Positions 59,701-64,000 of a stretch of 64,000 nt of DNA are shown here, in pieces (the first letter of the stretch is position 1; the number at the start of each line of letters is the position of its first letter). A program made the translations under genes and the position numbers. The DNA is from Bugula neritina (lineage: Eukaryota; Animalia; Bryozoa): the NCBI GenBank assembly GCA_964035545.1, contig OZ037765.1, forward strand, positions 30,131,504-30,195,503, given 5' to 3'. The notes beneath the pieces were generated by a model, which saw only the letters and a program-made list of their open reading frames with translations, did not search any database and was not told the origin of the DNA.

Positions 59701-62274
59701 TCCAGGATTACCAGGTACTACTGGTATTAAGGGTCAGCCTGGTCTGAAAGGCGAGAGAGGATTTACAGGAGCTGCTGGTCTGAATGGAGTAGATGGTTTG
59801 CCTGGATCTAAAGGAGATACTGGTGATGATGGCCAGCCAGGACTTAAAGGAGACCGTGGTGCTTCTGGAATACGAGGATTCAAGGGTGAGAAAGGAGAAA
59901 GTGCATCAGCTGGAGACAGAGGTGCAACTGGATCTAAGGGTGCACCTGGAGAATCTGGAGCACCTGGTTTGCCTGGTGAAGATGGTTTAGATGGCGAAAA
60001 TGGATTGCCCGGTGACTCAGGTATAAAGGGTGAAAAGGGAGACATTGGTTTACCAGGGTCGAATGGTGCAACTGGCCTACAAGGTTTGCCAGGTGATGCT
60101 GGTGTAAAAGGAGAGCCTGGACAAACTGGTACTAAAGGAGAGCAAGGTCTTCGTGGATTTGATGGTGCAGCAGCATCTAAAGGAGAAATAGGTGCAACAG
60201 GTGTGGCTGGAGTAGCAGGTGCTAAGGGAGACCCTGGATTGATTGGTGAACCAGGAGCTCCAGGACCTAAGGGAGAAGCTGGAGATGTTGGATTACAAGG
60301 AGAAAAAGGAATGGCAGGCGTAGCAGGTACACCAGGTGAACGTGGATTCAATGGAACTAGTGGTCTTCCAGGTGTCAAAGGAGATCCAGGAATTAAGGGT
60401 GAAAAGGGAGATATTGGTGAAATTGGTTCTACCGGGCTAAAGGGAGAAGCTGGTGCTAAAGGAGAAGCTGGTATCAAGGGAGAAATAGGGTTAGAAGGAC
60501 CTAAAGGTGCAGATGGCTTGAAAGGAGAAAAGGGAGCAGCTGGCAAAGACGGAAAAGATGCCGACAATGAAAATGAATGTATGACAAACAATGGCGGATG
60601 TTCAGATGTGTGCATCAACACTTTAGGAGGCTTCTACTGTGCTTGCAGTAAGGGATATAAGCTGAACAGCCCATCAACACCACAGTGTGACGGTAAGAGT
60701 TGATATCTTTTGTAACTCATCGGCACTTTATAGTTGTATTACTTAATTGTAAAAAGCAGTAGGTAAAACATTCAGTATATGCACATTGTATTATATAGCA
60801 TTCTTTTACTTGTTTTAGCGGGAACTACATTCTGTGAACATTATTACTACTACGGAACACTTTGCTACTGCAAGAAGAATGATAATGTCGTTCTCATCAA
60901 TGGAACTACTTGTTCTGACCTTGATGAATGTCAAGTCAACAATGGCGGCTGCGAGCATCACTGTTCCAACAGTCCCGGTAGCTACAGCTGCTCGTGTGAT
61001 AATGGATATAAGCTGCAGAATGATAACCATGGCTGTGAAGATGTAGATGAATGCGCTGACAGATCTATCAATGACGGATGCGCCGATGGTTGCATCAACA
61101 CTGTCGGAGGTTACTACTGCTCATGTCCATCCAACAGAGAACTGGCTCCTAATGCTGTAACAATTTATCAAACAGAAATACCTGCATCGAGTTGTCAAGA
61201 CTATCCAGTTCATATCGACAAACAGCTATGTCAAAACGCAAACACCAACTTTGGTTTGCAGACGTGCACTTGCGTATCTAGTATTACAGGGCAGCAAACA
61301 CCTGTGGCCGACACTGGAGCATGTTTAGGTTCGTGTCTTCTAACTAATTTTGCTATAGAGTAGCTAAAAATTGGCAGATGGTTGGTTACATTGGCTTTAA
61401 ATACTAATTTAGTAAGATAATCAAAAGTTTTACTATTATAATATTGTGCTTCATGTAGTGTAGGCAGTGGGGGTAGCAAAACGTGAAATAAGAATTTTGT
61501 GAATGAACATTTTTAACCATATTTCTTTTTTTATTAGATGTAAACTTCAATATTTTCAAAAGTCAATGTTTTTGCGACAGCTTTTGCAAAATTTTACTGT
61601 TTTCATTGCAGCGAGAAACGTTCATTGTGAGTGGACAACCAACTTCCTCTACGTCTGCTACTGTTACGTTACTGATAAGGGTTCAGTCAGGGCCATCACT
61701 CTAAATGGCACCCAGTGTGGCTTGAAAGATGAATGTAGAGAGAATAATGGTGGTTGTGCTCATATTTGTACCGATACAACCGACGGATTTGAATGTTCCT
61801 GTTTCGCTCCACCTGACAAGTTCACTGAAGAAGTGTGGACACTAAGTGCCAACAAGTACGACTGCATTGATGTTGATGAGTGTGGAAATGTAGCCTTTGT
61901 TGACCTGGTTTGTCCATCTCCAGCGAAATGTGTCAACACCCCCGGCTTCTACAAGTGCATTAGGAACACGGCCATCAGTAAATCTGGATTGGTTGAAGCA
62001 GGTAAGAGCATTCGAAAGGAAGACTTTGAAGTTGGCGATTTATTTGAATCAGATTTTAGTCATCTTTCTTTTATATTCTGTTGCTAAATTCTCAATGTCT
62101 CTTGTGTTTGTAGCATCCACTTCGGGAGTGACTGTGTCCACATTGACGGGCTTTGTCTGGGCAGGAATAGCCACTGTAGTGGTTGTTATTTTGGTGGCGG
62201 TCCTGGTAGTCAGGACCAAATTGCACAATGCTGCCACATCTGACATTGAGTCATCTACTGCTCTTAGCAGCTGA
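47799..62274 (+). CDS. Giant collagen-like protein (~3,595 aa): signal peptide, N-terminal globular domain, 990 Gly-X-Y triplets, Ca-binding EGF repeats, C-terminal transmembrane helix
   Basis: 15 phase-consistent GT-AG exons: 47799-47847 ([16 protein letters not shown]), 48545-48861, 49485-49701, 50215-50307, 50433-50666, 50770-52848, 53069-53581, 53814-54398, 54512-54880, 55029-56693, 56916-59435, 59607-60692, 60819-61328, 61612-62001, 62114-62274 (10,788 nt). cbEGF motifs DLDEC..NNGGC and DVDEC; TM segment [21 protein letters not shown] followed by RTK. Confidence 0.93.
48421..48492 (-). mobile_element. tRNA-like SINE head or tRNA pseudogene fragment
   Basis: Minus strand gtccctgtggtgtaattagttagcaagcctgcttgcaaggtccaggtctgtggtttgagtcccagtgggg: decayed A box and B box (GGTTTGAGTCCC). 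Confidence 0.55.
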
Positions 62275-62982
62275 GTTTTTATTCAATTTTTTCACCAGGA
62301 ATAAATTGCTCAATCATATCAATTTTATATTTTATTTATATGTGTGGAGTGGGCATTGGATTTATAAACACATGATCAATAATGTATCAATATGTTTGGA
62401 CACGGAAGTCCTAAACTGATAATTTGCTTTTACTCAGAGCTCTAAAACTTGTGACAAGCTATCTCTAATAGTGGTATATCACACACGAACATAGCTTTTA
62501 GACTTAGTTCTTTATAGAGTGCTACAAATTTAGCACTTAATATGTATATACTTTCCATTTAATAATAAACTGTGAAAACCCAACATACTGTACATTGCTG
62601 ATACTCAACATATAATAGCAAATTTCTCAGGAAATATTACAATTTTGACTTCTTAAATGTTTCACCGCAACATTGCACAGGCTATATGATACGAATTGCA
62701 AATTAAAACTATTCAACTAATAACTACAAACCAAAAACTGCTAAGATGAACATGTAGCATCCACACAATTAATATTAAGCTGCAGCCACTTATTGCAAGT
62801 TTAGCATATAACTAAATTCACTATACCAATTGTTTAATGTGTGAATAATGTGTATTTAAATAATTTAAAAAGTGAATGTCAGAGTATTATGATGAAAAGA
62901 GAGAAAATATTTACAAATGTTACACGAATGCTTATAAAAAGAAAAAATAAGTAGAAGGAATATCCAAGAATGATCAGGTGGG

Positions 62983-63642
62983 TCACACCACAGTTTCCTG
63001 TTTTCTAGTAACAGTTGGTTCAATTCCTAGACATGTTTCTACATCGTTACTAGAATCTGGAAGGATAGTTTCGGAGTTGTCTGCTACAGATTCAATTGGC
63101 TGAGTCTTTTCCATCTGCGAAGCACTTTGGCTGACTGCATTTTGAATACAGCTTAGCCACTGCCTCTTGTCATGTTCATCTCTGGCGTATAAAGTGTGAG
63201 GATGGCCGTTGGCTCGCGAAAATACTCGAAAAGCGCATTTATCTGCAATAAAAAGGAAATTACATAAGACACAGCAATATGATGTATGATCAAACTTATT
63301 GGTAAATTATGATTTACACTTTACCCTAGAGAAATTATTTATTGCAAAACTAGAAATATATAAGAAAGGTGGCACAATAGAATTAACATTTTGATAACCA
63401 AAAATTGAGAAATAAAAGACATGAGTGAATAAAACCGTAACTCAAAGGGACTTACCATGAGATGTATGACGAAGAACTTTACTTTTAAAGGATCCCTTCT
63501 TGTTTTCAGTCTCCGAGAGATCAATGAGTTCCAGTTCGGAGAGAGGAATTGGGTCTTTGACTATCTGGTAACTCAGCTTATTATTCCTTGTAGCAGTTCG
63601 AGTTACAACCATAACTTTGTCAAAGAGCACGACATGCAACTT
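62983..63642 (-). CDS. NET1: NET1/ARHGEF3-family RhoGEF, last two exons (PH domain and tail); gene starts beyond the window
   Basis: Exons 63642-63456 (KLHVVLFDKVMVVTR...YQIVKDPIPLSELELIDL) and 63242-62983 (FRVF...HTLYARDEHDKRQWLSCIQNA...KQETVV*) match the ARHGEF3/NET1 PH domain; the protein ends in a PDZ-binding motif. Confidence 0.85.
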
Positions 63643-64000
63643 CTACAAGGATAGACGACATAATCTATAAATAAATGACACAAACTGGCGAGAATTACCA
63701 TTATTCATAATGAAAATACTCGATTTCATAACATGGATTTCAAGGGTTTGGTTTTCAAGAGGAGATAGGAATTCTCAGTTTTTATTCCTCGAGAGGCTGA
63801 TGTTCTCGTCACAGTAATGACGATCGAACTTTCAAAACATAATTTGGAAATACAAGAGAATCATGGGGTGATCGTATCCACTCAGTTGTCACATGATTCA
63901 ATGTAATGCTCTTGAAGCGTGACATTCCTCCTCACCGGCAAGGAATTATAAATTCCGTTTATTTGAATTAATGTTCCGCGTTAAGTTAAAATAATAGAGC

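Noticed and set aside
50372-60621. Many long antisense and alternate-frame ORFs over the collagen exons
   Set aside because: Shadow ORFs caused by GGN codon periodicity; no independent splice or domain signal.

Overview
AT-rich, intron-containing animal (invertebrate, probably spiralian) genomic DNA. I traced six spliced protein-coding genes by hand using splice sites and intron phase: the 5' part of a PHTF-family gene (-), PDCD7/U11-59K (+), DCAF12 (-), RINT1 (+, with one clear U12-type minor intron), a giant collagen-like gene (+) and the last two exons of a NET1/ARHGEF3-type RhoGEF (-). The first four form two head-to-head pairs whose promoter cores are flanked by very TA-rich low-complexity tracts. 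Introns carry MITEs, tRNA-derived SINE fragments and mini/microsatellites. The standout is the ~3,595-aa collagen-like protein. It has a signal peptide, an unrecognised N-terminal globular domain and a Cys-flanked (GY)n linker. These are followed by 990 in-register Gly-X-Y triplets (about 3x a fibrillar collagen, ~0.85 um, only four Gly-to-Ala substitutions, almost no X-position Pro). It ends in Ca-binding EGF repeats with inserted Cys modules and a C-terminal transmembrane helix, i.e. a predicted type I membrane-anchored giant collagen resembling annelid cuticle collagens. All gene identities are from my recall of family sequences; no database searches were run.
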